Assembly (NCBI GenBank): GCA_963729895.1
Contig: CAVSQB010000016.1
Span: 32,001-96,000 of the forward strand
DNA: 64,000 bases
Origin: an uncultured Fibrobacterota bacterium
Lineage (GTDB): Bacteria; Fibrobacterota; Chitinivibrionia; Chitinivibrionales; FEN-1185
Direction of reading: 5' to 3'
Of the stretch, positions 30,058-39,233 are shown piece after piece. The stretch's first letter is position 1. Each line of letters begins with the position of its first letter. The position numbers were made by a program, and so were the translations under genes. The notes beneath the pieces were generated by a model, which was not told where the DNA came from, made no database searches, and saw only the letters and a program-made list of their open reading frames with translations.

Positions 30058-31176
30058 TTATGCCGATACTCGGGTACGCGGAATTGCTTCTGAAATTCAC
30101 GAAGAAGAAAGACACCTCGCAGATATCTTTTATCAACCAGATAATCACTGCGGGAGAGCGCGCGCGGGATCTTGTGGCGCAAATCCTGAAATTTTCCCGG
30201 CACGGCAGCGAAGAAAAAACGCAGGTACGCCTCACCGCCATGATTTCCGAGGTGCTCGAACTGGTACGCCCGTCTGTCCCGAAGACCATTGAAATTCGCG
30301 TGTCCGCGGATACAAAGAACGACACGGTGAATGCCAATACCACCGAAATACACCAGGTTCTCATGAACCTGTGTTCCAACGCGTCTCATGCCATGCGCGA
30401 GCACGGCGGCATTCTCCAGATCGTGCTTGCCGATCATTCCGGCCCGCTTCTCGGCTGGTCTGAAGATACGGAACCCCCACAGCCGTCGTGCGTGCGGTTC
30501 ACCGTTCGGGATACCGGGCACGGCATCAAGCCCGAGATTCTCACAAGGATTTTCGACCCGTTCTTCACAACAAAGAGACAGGGCGAGGGAACGGGCATGG
30601 GGCTCTCCGTTGTCCACGGGATTGTCAAAGGATGCAACGGGTCGATTTCTGTGGAAAGCGAGGTGAACGCGGGCACCGCCTTCCACATCTATCTGCCGAC
30701 CGTGGCGCCCGCAGCCGACGGAAAGCCCGAGACGAGCGACGAAACCTGCAGTCTGTTAACAAAAGATATCAATATCCTTTTTCTGGACGACGAGCCTATG
30801 ATCGCCTTGATGGCGGAGGAGATGCTTCGTTTTATAGGATTCTCGATATCAAGCCTTACCAACAGCAGGGTTGCGTTGGACATCTTTACCGCAAATCCCA
30901 TGCAGTTCGACATCGTCATTACCGACCAGACGATGCCGGGGCTCACCGGCCTGGAACTTTCGCGTAAGATGCTTGAGCTGAGGCCCGACCTGCCCATTAT
31001 CCTTTGCACCGGTTACAGCGAAACTGTTTCGGCGGAAATGGCAAAAACCATGGGAATCGCCGAGTATCTGGCCAAACCGGTTGATTTCGACAAACTGAAG
31101 AGGATAATCGTGCAGTTAGTGAACAAGGCGGAAACTGCGGCACGGTAAACCGAGACCCTTGCCCGGTTTTCGTCAC

Positions 31177-31701
31177 TCAGGCCCGAAGCGCCTTTTCGGT
31201 GTATCCGATGAGTGCTTTTGTCAACCGTATCGCGCTTCGTATCTGGGTCCTTATTGTTGTCGGCTTTATCAGGACATTTCTGAATTCTATGAAGCCTTCG
31301 TCTTCAGTTTGTCCTGTCCTCGTTCTCACGAACCCCTTTTTATTCAACGTCTGCCAATTAGCATGCACGATGCTGTTTCGAAATGAGTTCAATTCGGTCA
31401 GTTTGTATCGAAGGTACAACAGTTTGATTGCGTTACCTCTTGACTTTATCTTTTCAAGTTCCAGATAGAGTTTGTGGAATAAATCGATCTTTTTGTAGGT
31501 TGATAGATTTTCGATTACCAGATGTCCCACCTGATGCGCCCGGTCATTGATTGCTTCGGAAATTGCTCCATTCAGTTCGTGCTCCAATTTGCTCCAATTG
31601 ATAATGAAAGTACCTATCAGCCGGCTGTAGGCGCCGATAGGGCTGCCTATTTTCCTGCGCGCGGGCAACGCATTTGAGGGCGGTCTGGTTTTTTCATTCA
31701 T
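31177..31701 (-). CDS. Hypothetical protein
   Basis: 174-aa AT-rich ORF with helical pattern (WSKLEHEL...RNSIVHANW) and a Pho-box-like array upstream. Confidence 0.65.
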   Translation of the reverse strand: MNEKTRPPSNALPARRKIGSPIGAYSRLIGTFIINWSKLEHELNGAISEAINDRAHQVGHLVIENLSTYKKIDLFHKLYLELEKIKSRGNAIKLLYLRYKLTELNSFRNSIVHANWQTLNKKGFVRTRTGQTEDEGFIEFRNVLIKPTTIRTQIRSAIRLTKALIGYTEKALRA

Positions 31702-31715
31702 TTTGTTCTGTTTGC

Positions 31716-31758
31716 AAAATTGTTTCCGATTGTTTTGATGCAGTTAGGATTCGGTTAG
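31716..31758 (-). promoter_or_regulatory. Pho-box-like array upstream of the 174-aa gene
   Basis: GTTTT/GTTAG/GTTAG at 31732, 31743, 31754; AATTTT 10 bp downstream. Shares AGGATTCGGTTAG with the ParA array. Confidence 0.6.
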
Positions 31759-32074
31759 AAACCCGTGTGCGGATAGTGCCAGCTCGCCTTATCAAGACCT
31801 CATCCGCCCCAAATAACAGCATAACAGCTTCACGATTATTTCACACCTGCGTATTCCGGGGCCGGAAATCCGCAGACGACTAATAACATACTTGTCTTGA
31901 CCTAAGGAGAATAGATGCCGCACAAAACACATCAGCAATTTGATTTCGTGATACAGATAATTGGCGCTCCTCACAGCGGTAAATCCGCAATTTCTCACAT
32001 GATCCAGGAAATCTTGAATAATAATCGCGTCAATGTCGCAAACGACGACATCGCCGTCCGGGCTGAGGACTTGA

Positions 32075-33368
32075 GGGGACCTCTAAAAATTGCCTAATTT
32101 GCCCAATTAATGCTTGACAAAGGCTATTTCGTCAATTATTTTAATTCCAGACAACAAACCTGCGAACCCACTACCGTCTGGAGGATATTGCGATGGGACA
32201 GATAGGCCTTTTTGACCTTGAGAATCGCCTTTCCGAGCTTTCCGAAATGGGAGACCCTCTTGAAACCATCAATCGGGCCATACGTTGGAAGAGTTTTCGT
32301 CCTGTTATTGACAAGGCTTTTCGCAAGGAACGGAAGAGCAACGCCGGTCGTCCACCGTACGATTATATCCTGATGTTCAAGATTCTCGTGTTGCAGACGA
32401 TGTATGGGCTTTCCGATGCGCAAACCCAGTTTCAGATTCTGGACCGATTGACGTTCAAACGGTTTCTTGAACTCACTTCCGAGGATAGCATTCCCGACGA
32501 GAAAACGGTCTGGTTGTTTCGGGAAACGCTGACACAAGCAGGCGTTGTCAAGAAGCTGTTTGACCTGTTCGGTCGTCAGTTGAACGAAGCGGGTTACACT
32601 GCCCAGAAAGGCCAAATAATAGATGCGAGTTTTGTCGAGGTACCTCGCCAGAGAAACACGCGGGAGGAGAATAAAGAAATCAAGAACGGGGGCACGCCGC
32701 AGGAATGGGAAAAGCACCCTGAGAAACTTCGTCAGAAAGATGTTGATGCGCGATGGACGAAGAAGAACGATCAGACGTTTTTTGGCTACAAGAACCATGC
32801 GTCGGTAGACGCGAAGCATAAAATCATTCGAGACTATGCGGCGACATCCGCAGAAGTGCACGACTCCAATATGCTTGAACCTCTCCTTAATCCTGAGAAC
32901 ACGAACGCGGACGTGTTTGCCGACAGCGCGTATCATTCGGAAAAGGCGGAACAAAGGCTTGATTATCTCTGGTACAGAAGCAAAATATGTGTCAAAGGGA
33001 CTCGTGGCGCACCATTGACGGAAGCACAATTGGCACAGAACCGGAAGAAATCCAAAGTCAGATCGCGTATAGAACATGTGTTTGCTCAAATAGAAATCAT
33101 GTTTCGTGGCAGGATCAGGTGTATCGGGCGGCTGAGGGCCGCGGCGAAGATAGGACTCCTGAACCTGGTTTACAACATAAAACGCTTTGCATATCTTGAG
33201 TGCCACGCCTGAAAAGCGGGACAGGACCGCACAAGGCCCCCAAAGGGACCGAAAAAAGAACAGTTTTGGGCACCTATCAGACAAATAGACGCCCTGACAT
33301 CGCGAAATAATACTATCTGTCAACATGATCTTGGAATCTACTATTTTACAGAATTTTTAGAGGTCCCC
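32075..33368 (+). mobile_element. IS5-family insertion sequence, copy 2 (1294 bp), inverted relative to copy 1
   Basis: Same TIRs and identical transposase translation; flanks TTGA / TTTA (one mismatch). Confidence 0.95.
32193..33212 (+). CDS. IS5-family transposase
   Basis: Identical 339-aa product to copy 1; upstream TTGACA-N17-TATTTT inside the element. Confidence 0.95.
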   Translation: MGQIGLFDLENRLSELSEMGDPLETINRAIRWKSFRPVIDKAFRKERKSNAGRPPYDYILMFKILVLQTMYGLSDAQTQFQILDRLTFKRFLELTSEDSIPDEKTVWLFRETLTQAGVVKKLFDLFGRQLNEAGYTAQKGQIIDASFVEVPRQRNTREENKEIKNGGTPQEWEKHPEKLRQKDVDARWTKKNDQTFFGYKNHASVDAKHKIIRDYAATSAEVHDSNMLEPLLNPENTNADVFADSAYHSEKAEQRLDYLWYRSKICVKGTRGAPLTEAQLAQNRKKSKVRSRIEHVFAQIEIMFRGRIRCIGRLRAAAKIGLLNLVYNIKRFAYLECHA

Positions 33369-33558
33369 TTTAGGGAGGTGAGAGGCAAGTCCGTGCTTAT
33401 TTCGATCTTGAATGCCGAATACGACAGGCAAATCGTCGGGTTCAAGGAGTAGCCGGCCATGCGGGGGTAGTTCAAATAATACCGATAACATTGTACCTGT
33501 CCTTTTGGAAAGGCGTCTATTGATTTAAGCATTTGCACTCAGGGAAAGGAGGATTTGC

Positions 33559-33858
33559 ATGTCCGATTCAACAGGCAGAGACAAGATCAAGTGTTCACAG
33601 TGCGGCAAAGGGAATCTCTTCTTGCACAAAAACCTTTATCGTCTCAGGCAGCTCGGAACCGGCCCTGCAAGACTCAAAAATGATGATGCAGGAGAAAATT
33701 CAGGCAATATTGCCCTGGAACTGCGCACGTGTGATAATTGCGGCTACGTTATGCTTTTTGAGCACGGTCACGATCAGATGGTCAGCCGAAAACAAATATC
33801 GACCGGCATATCATCACAAGTCCGCCGGAGGCCAGGATCGTACCCATGCCGTGGTTGA
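33559..33858 (+). CDS. Small zinc-ribbon protein
   Basis: RBS GGAGG; CSQCG...CDNCGY; 3' end overlaps the convergent lysE-like gene. Confidence 0.6.
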   Translation: MSDSTGRDKIKCSQCGKGNLFLHKNLYRLRQLGTGPARLKNDDAGENSGNIALELRTCDNCGYVMLFEHGHDQMVSRKQISTGISSQVRRRPGSYPCRG

Positions 33859-34405
33859 TCCATGCAATCAACCGGGCCGTTGTGCCGGTCTTCATCCTGC
33901 TGAAGAGGTAGCTTTTGACAATGTCAAGGAACAGCGCGGTGCCGACCACTCCGGCGAGGTAGACGAAAAACGGACGGGTGCGGAAACCGAAATTGACCGC
34001 GGCAATGCTCAGAAGGGTCGTCCAGATCAGGAAGACAAACGGGTTCGTCATGTTCACGACGAACCCTGACAGAAATGCTTTCAACAGGGGTGAGGGACCG
34101 TTATCCGCCGGACCGGCAACGGGCTCCCTGGGACTTGTAAGCACCATACCTATTCCGAAGACGCACAGTATCGCGCCGCAGACGATTCCGGTGGCGCGCC
34201 GGTGTTGCAAGGACTCAATCAGATGGAAAACGCCGACATAATTGACGGCAAGGAAGATAATGACGCTTGCGTAAAGACCGGCCACCACCGCGACACCGGC
34301 AGCGAACCCCCGGCGCAGGCTCACACGGAAGTTGACCAGCATGCCCGGTCCGACACCCAGAGACATGACAAAGGCGGTCAGGATTCCTTGAAGGAATTCG
34401 GTCAT
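33782..34405 (-). CDS. LysE/RhtB family translocator
   Basis: LGVGPG..SLRRGFAAG, FLSGFVVNMTNP, about six TM segments. Confidence 0.85.
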   Translation of the reverse strand: MTEFLQGILTAFVMSLGVGPGMLVNFRVSLRRGFAAGVAVVAGLYASVIIFLAVNYVGVFHLIESLQHRRATGIVCGAILCVFGIGMVLTSPREPVAGPADNGPSPLLKAFLSGFVVNMTNPFVFLIWTTLLSIAAVNFGFRTRPFFVYLAGVVGTALFLDIVKSYLFSRMKTGTTARLIAWINHGMGTILASGGLVMICRSIFVFG

Positions 34406-34425
34406 TTCGACCCTCACCTACACAG

Positions 34426-34468
34426 AATCTACCGGCGGATCATGAGCATTCGATACTGTCATGGTTAG
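34426..34468 (-). promoter_or_regulatory. Degenerate Pho-box-like array for the lysE-like gene
   Basis: ATGAG (34442) and GTTAG (34464) 22 bp apart; TAGATT 10 bp downstream on the coding strand. Confidence 0.45.
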
Positions 34469-34561
34469 AAATCGCCCGGGGCCGCACCCGGCGGCCGAGC
34501 TGCAGCCAATGCCCACCATCAGGATCACAATATTGACAATAGCACATCAGGCCGATGTTTT

Positions 34562-36316
34562 CTATTTCAGCAGGAGATCGATTCCCATTGCCCGCTCGCG
34601 GGCGAACCGTGGGAACCGCCGGTTTCCCCACAGGTGCACGAGCGGCTGCAGCACCGCGAATCCAGGATTGACAAATGCCCGCTCGAACGGGCGGTAACGC
34701 GGACGCGTCCGGAGGGCAACCGCAAAGAACGCGTTGAGGACTCCCTTGCCGATTGGAACAGCGGAGAAATCGCCGCTGGTGAAGAAGCCGTGCGGATACG
34801 CACGCTTGTACCTATCCGTGTATTCGCGGATACGGCCCGCCAGTTGAAGCGACCACTCGCCGAGGTAGTACTGGCGTGCAAGAGCAAGCAGCTCGAACGT
34901 CGCATATTGAAAATCAAAGTCCCGTAAATCGATGCTGAGTTGGGATGCAAGCCGTTTCATCTCCCTTATGCCCGAAAGAAGCTGAAACCCCTCATCGACC
35001 GCCGACTGCCGGTCGCGAACGGACCGCCGGATCAGGCGGCGAAGCGTCGAATCGAATACGATGGTGTCCCAGAATACCCACAAGAGCGGCGGCAGGCGGG
35101 TCCGCCTGAAATAAAGCGTTTGCCGTGAGAATTCCGGCAAATACCAGAGTCGCTTCATCAGTTCGTCGGAAAGCCGCATGATCTTGACAAGTGGGTCGTG
35201 ATCGCGCCGCGGGAACCGCTGCCGCGCAAAATCGATGACGGCGCCCTCGGCCGTCATGCCTGTGCGGAACATCTTTACCGTTACCGCGGTGTTGATCTCG
35301 TTCCAGAGGGACGAGCCGGGCAGAAACGTCAAGCGATGAAAACGCGACCATCCTCCGGTCTGGCACCAGACATGGATCCCCGCGATAGCGGGACAACGGA
35401 CCAATCGATCCCGGAATTGCTCGTACTCGTAACCGACAAATGATGGAAATTCGCCGAATCCCTCGTATTCCCTGCGCGCCTGGAATTCGACGATCTTGCG
35501 AAGGCTTCCTTCGAAGATAAGCGGGTTGAGCGACAGATACCGGAAAAAATCGGTATCACCGTACTTGTGGGAGACAATCAAGCGGCCGCTCGCAAAGCCC
35601 CCGAATACCTGGTTGTAGGTGACCGGATTCCAAATCAGGTCTCCGATCTTGTGGACCCCTACCGTCCATGTTCTCACGACAAGAAGGCGGCCGAGCCGCT
35701 CAAACACGTTGACCAGTGCGCCTATGAGGCGGCGCGCTTCCGATGCCGTGCGAATAGATAATTTCGACCGCAGATCCCCCGTAACATCGATGCCGTCGCA
35801 CTCCCCCAGCCGCAGGATCAGGCCGCCGACCGCTGGAAAGCGGTCGAACAGGCGTTCGCACAGGACAGCCAGGGCCCGCGCCGTCCCTCCGACGGCCGGA
35901 GCGCCCTGCCCGGGGACAAAAGCCGCGTCAGAATTGACAAATACCAAAAGGCCATGCCGGGCGGCGACCTCGAAAATACGTTCGTACAGGTTCTGGTACC
36001 GGGCGATTTTGTCGCGAAGTCCGGCCGGATAGTCGTCGAGAACCGCCAGATGAGCCAAATCATCAATCGAAATCGCATTGAAGCCGAGTGCGGCCGCCGA
36101 ACGCGCATACAGGTCAAAACGACGCACGATCTGATCGCACCACAGCAGCGGCATGTTCCCGTTTCGTTCGAGAAGCGCAAAGGGGATCTTTGACCAGTTG
36201 ACAACCCGCCCCGGGGAAAGGCAGTGGGGCAGGAAAAATGGTGCGATTGAATCGATGATATAAAGACGCGATTGATCGAGACCTGGAGCGCTCGTCGTGT
36301 GGTCCCTCCGATACAA
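34562..36316 (-). CDS. Uncharacterised glycoside-hydrolase-like protein, distantly GH67-like
   Basis: GFNAISID, KYGDTDF, EFQARREYEG resemble GH67 motifs (KNGPIDF, ELQITQEYLG); no signal peptide. Confidence 0.5.
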   Translation of the reverse strand: MYRRDHTTSAPGLDQSRLYIIDSIAPFFLPHCLSPGRVVNWSKIPFALLERNGNMPLLWCDQIVRRFDLYARSAAALGFNAISIDDLAHLAVLDDYPAGLRDKIARYQNLYERIFEVAARHGLLVFVNSDAAFVPGQGAPAVGGTARALAVLCERLFDRFPAVGGLILRLGECDGIDVTGDLRSKLSIRTASEARRLIGALVNVFERLGRLLVVRTWTVGVHKIGDLIWNPVTYNQVFGGFASGRLIVSHKYGDTDFFRYLSLNPLIFEGSLRKIVEFQARREYEGFGEFPSFVGYEYEQFRDRLVRCPAIAGIHVWCQTGGWSRFHRLTFLPGSSLWNEINTAVTVKMFRTGMTAEGAVIDFARQRFPRRDHDPLVKIMRLSDELMKRLWYLPEFSRQTLYFRRTRLPPLLWVFWDTIVFDSTLRRLIRRSVRDRQSAVDEGFQLLSGIREMKRLASQLSIDLRDFDFQYATFELLALARQYYLGEWSLQLAGRIREYTDRYKRAYPHGFFTSGDFSAVPIGKGVLNAFFAVALRTRPRYRPFERAFVNPGFAVLQPLVHLWGNRRFPRFARERAMGIDLLLK

Positions 36317-36452
36317 AACCGAACTATGACGCCGGCAGCCACCTTTCGGTAATCAGGAATCCGTTCGTGGCGAGCCTTTCGAACCATGAACTCCCATCTT
36401 CGGTCGCCGCGAAATGCGACAAGCGGGAACGCGCCGGGTCCCCACGCGCAGT

Positions 36453-38903
36453 CTATGCCCCCTGCCGCTCTAAATTGACAATGTCGCCATAGGGCATGTA
36501 GAGTTCCCGCTCTCGCATCTGCCATGAGTCACTTCGCGCGCTGCCGAAAATATCCTGCAGAACCAGATCCCAGCTGTAGGTTTCGGATGCGTGGCGCCGG
36601 GCATTGACGCGCATTTCAAGATATAAACTCGGATAGTCGCCGATCATGGAGATCAGCCCTTGCACTTTGTTCTTCCAATCGTCAAGATTATTTGCTTCCG
36701 CAATGAAGCCGGTTTTTCCGTTAATAATTATTTCCTGCGGACCTCCAAAGTCGGAGACGAGCGCGGGCAGGCCGCATGATTGGGCCTCAAGAACCACCAT
36801 GCCGAATGTTTCGGTAACGCTGGGGAACACCAGAATATGGGAGGACGAGTAGAGCGCCGGAAGGTGAGCGCGATCAATCCGCCCGGGAAAGTAGACCCGC
36901 TTGTGCTGTTTCATTTTTTCGCGAAACTCTTCGAAATAAGGCCCGTTTCCCGCGAAAATAAGATTTACATCAGGGCGATTCTCGATGATGGATTGATAGA
37001 TATCGGCCATGAAATCAAGGTTCTTTTCCTTGCTGACCCGTCCGCTGTGCAGCAGTGTGATTCCATCGGTGATGCCGAACGTCCGGGCAAGGTACTCCCC
37101 GGAGCCGACCGGCGCGAATACGGTGGGGTCGATCCCGCGCCGGAATCTGCGCAGCTTGGTCCGGCTTATGCCGCGGCGTTCGAGAAGGGTCGTATACTCC
37201 AGGGTCGGTACGGCAACCGTTGTAGTCAAAGAATGAAACCAATTGACGTAATCTTCGGTGATGCGGCACAGCGTTTCATCGCCGATGATCTGTCTGAACT
37301 GACGCGTGAAATCGGTATGATAGACCGCGGTGCTGGGTACGTGCAGGAGCTTCGAAGCAAGCACGCCCAACAGTCCAACCGGTCCGGGAGTGGAGATGTA
37401 GATTTCGTCCGGCGCCGCCTCGCAAATCAGCTTGAGAGAAGCGAGCACCGACGGTATGCGTAATGTAAAGGTACTGAAGAATTCCGGCGTGTAGGAGTGT
37501 ATGCAGGGGAGATCGATGACGTTAGGCGGCACAGAAACGCCTCGCTCGGCGTAGGGCGGCAGACAGGTGGCGACGGCCAGATCCAGATGGCGATCGTGCG
37601 ACAATTGCGCCAATTCCTGGAGCGTCGCCGAAACCCCGCTCAATTCCAGGAAGGTGTCGGTAAACCAGACGACCCGTTTGCCCTTTCGGTTTTCGGGACT
37701 GACGTATTCATCCAGCAGTTTGTTGTGCAGCCACCGTGATTGGTTGAGCACGTTGAGCGAGGTAAAGAACGGGATCGAGAGAAAAACGCCCGGCAGAACC
37801 CCCGTAATGCTCCTAAGCAGCTCGACCAGATCTCCTTGCTGAACATCACCGCTTATCTTGACAAACAGCCTGCGAACCAGTTCATCGGCCGCCAGGGTGA
37901 TGGTATTGCTGACAAGAGCCAACTTATCGTCGGCCGACATGTTTCTGTTTTCCTGCAGCGCCACCACCATATTTGAAAGCATCGTCATGAGATTGTCTTT
38001 CTTCATGGCCTTGGCGAATTTCAGTTTCTTCAGGACGGCCTGCTTCTTGAGATCAATCGGCTTTTCATCGAAGATGAGCGAATTGACGGCGCTCAGCACC
38101 GAGCCGGTGAGATGCGATTTTGTTTGCGAAAAATCGTATGCGACTTTGTAAACAGCAAAGGCAAGCCCCTGATAATCGTTGCAGCGGCCATCGGGGCTCG
38201 TCTGTTTTCCACCGATTCTGGCAAGAAATTCTTCGGGCGTCGAAGCATCGGCGCTGGTGTACGTTTTGCCGACAAACAGGCCGCTGTGGTCGTCGGAACC
38301 GCCCACCTCGCCTTTGCGCCACGAGTCGCGGCTGAGGGGTTTGACAAAGTACTTTTCGGACAGCTCCTGCAGTTTCCCCGGCGACAAGGAGGCAAACACC
38401 TTGGTCAGGATGTCTTTGCTGGTCCGCTCACGGCTGCCGTTGTGCGTTTCGAAATGGTCAAAAAGCAGAAACAGGCGCTCGACATGCTCAAAGGTCAGCA
38501 TGTCGTTGGGGGAAAAGGTCAAATGGGCGACCGCATGGGGCAGTTTGGTTTCGGCGAGGCAGTCACGCAGTTCGTAGATGTTTGATCGTATTTTGTCAAG
38601 CTGTCTGAACTGCGGCGTGTCGAGCCCCCATACCAGCATGTGTATTTTGGTCCCGTCCTCCGGAAAGTAGGTGGTTATTTCCACACCCGTGAAGACATCG
38701 GCGGGATGTTTCTCCTGTAAACGCAGCGCACCGTCAATAGTGTTGTGATCGGTAATGGTGACAAAGTCCATCCCCTCCCGTTTGGCAAGCCGGTAGACCT
38801 CCTCCGGTTCAACGTACGACTCGCGGGTCCCGATCCGCTGCAGAAACCATTCCGAGGGACGTTCGGAATAGCAGGAGTGAACATGAAGATCAACCTTGGC
38901 CAT
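36453..38903 (-). CDS. PHP-domain + GT4 glycosyltransferase fusion
   Basis: DLHVHS, ITDHN, GGSDDH (PHP); GRVSKEKNL, FPSVTETFGMVVLEAQSCGLP (GT4). Confidence 0.9.
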   Translation of the reverse strand: MAKVDLHVHSCYSERPSEWFLQRIGTRESYVEPEEVYRLAKREGMDFVTITDHNTIDGALRLQEKHPADVFTGVEITTYFPEDGTKIHMLVWGLDTPQFRQLDKIRSNIYELRDCLAETKLPHAVAHLTFSPNDMLTFEHVERLFLLFDHFETHNGSRERTSKDILTKVFASLSPGKLQELSEKYFVKPLSRDSWRKGEVGGSDDHSGLFVGKTYTSADASTPEEFLARIGGKQTSPDGRCNDYQGLAFAVYKVAYDFSQTKSHLTGSVLSAVNSLIFDEKPIDLKKQAVLKKLKFAKAMKKDNLMTMLSNMVVALQENRNMSADDKLALVSNTITLAADELVRRLFVKISGDVQQGDLVELLRSITGVLPGVFLSIPFFTSLNVLNQSRWLHNKLLDEYVSPENRKGKRVVWFTDTFLELSGVSATLQELAQLSHDRHLDLAVATCLPPYAERGVSVPPNVIDLPCIHSYTPEFFSTFTLRIPSVLASLKLICEAAPDEIYISTPGPVGLLGVLASKLLHVPSTAVYHTDFTRQFRQIIGDETLCRITEDYVNWFHSLTTTVAVPTLEYTTLLERRGISRTKLRRFRRGIDPTVFAPVGSGEYLARTFGITDGITLLHSGRVSKEKNLDFMADIYQSIIENRPDVNLIFAGNGPYFEEFREKMKQHKRVYFPGRIDRAHLPALYSSSHILVFPSVTETFGMVVLEAQSCGLPALVSDFGGPQEIIINGKTGFIAEANNLDDWKNKVQGLISMIGDYPSLYLEMRVNARRHASETYSWDLVLQDIFGSARSDSWQMRERELYMPYGDIVNLERQGA

Positions 38904-38956
38904 GAGAACCTCCTCTTGTTGCCCGCGCGGCTTCTGCCGCCTCCTCTTTCGTAAAT

Positions 38957-38999
38957 AATATCCGTAGTGCATGTTAGAGGATAATGAGATTTGGTTTAG
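38957..38999 (-). promoter_or_regulatory. Pho-box-like array plus -10 for the PHP-GT4 operon
   Basis: GTTAG/ATGAG/TTTAG at 38973, 38984, 38995; GATATT 10 bp downstream on the coding strand. Confidence 0.7.
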
Positions 39000-39169
39000 T
39001 TTTGCGCTGCCGCGAAGTAAAGGATTGAAGAATCTTGTAATCGTTTGCTAATCCCGAAGCACCACGACTACCACTGCATGCAACGCCACAGGAGTAGCCG
39101 CGTAAGCGAGCCTTCGGGGAATGCGCAAACTTTGGGATTCAAATTGCCGCTCCGAAGCAGAGAGGGCTG

Positions 39170-39223
39170 CTCATTAGAATGTAACAAATATCATACGACA
39201 AGCTAACATTCGTTGGCGATATT
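39170..39223 (+). promoter_or_regulatory. Pho-box-like array plus -10 for the Svf1-like/GT21 operon
   Basis: CTCAT/GTAAC/CATAC/CTAAC at 39170, 39181, 39192, 39203; 10 bp; GATATT. Confidence 0.65.
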
Positions 39224-39233
39224 TTAAACCGGT

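Larger units (their letters stand above)
28285..31148 (+). pseudogene. CBS-domain hybrid histidine kinase (CBS-HisKA-HATPase-REC) interrupted by IS5
   Basis: Removing the IS and one TTAT copy rejoins [21 protein letters not shown] in frame (28285-28763 + 30062-31148, 521 aa). Confidence 0.9.
31915..33452 (+). pseudogene. Small P-loop-like protein (about 79 aa) interrupted by IS5 copy 2
   Basis: RBS AAGGAG; IIGAPHSGKS; rejoins in frame ...AEDL|REVRGKSVLISILNAEYDRQIVGFKE-stop. Confidence 0.6.

Noticed and set aside
28764..33368. Composite transposon that arrived as a unit, or an already inverted segment
   Set aside because: Each IS has its own flanking duplication and both interrupted genes rejoin in the present orientation.
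39037..39052. GTAAT-N6-CTAAT pair as a separate promoter
   Set aside because: No -10-like hexamer at the expected distance; may be an accessory site only.
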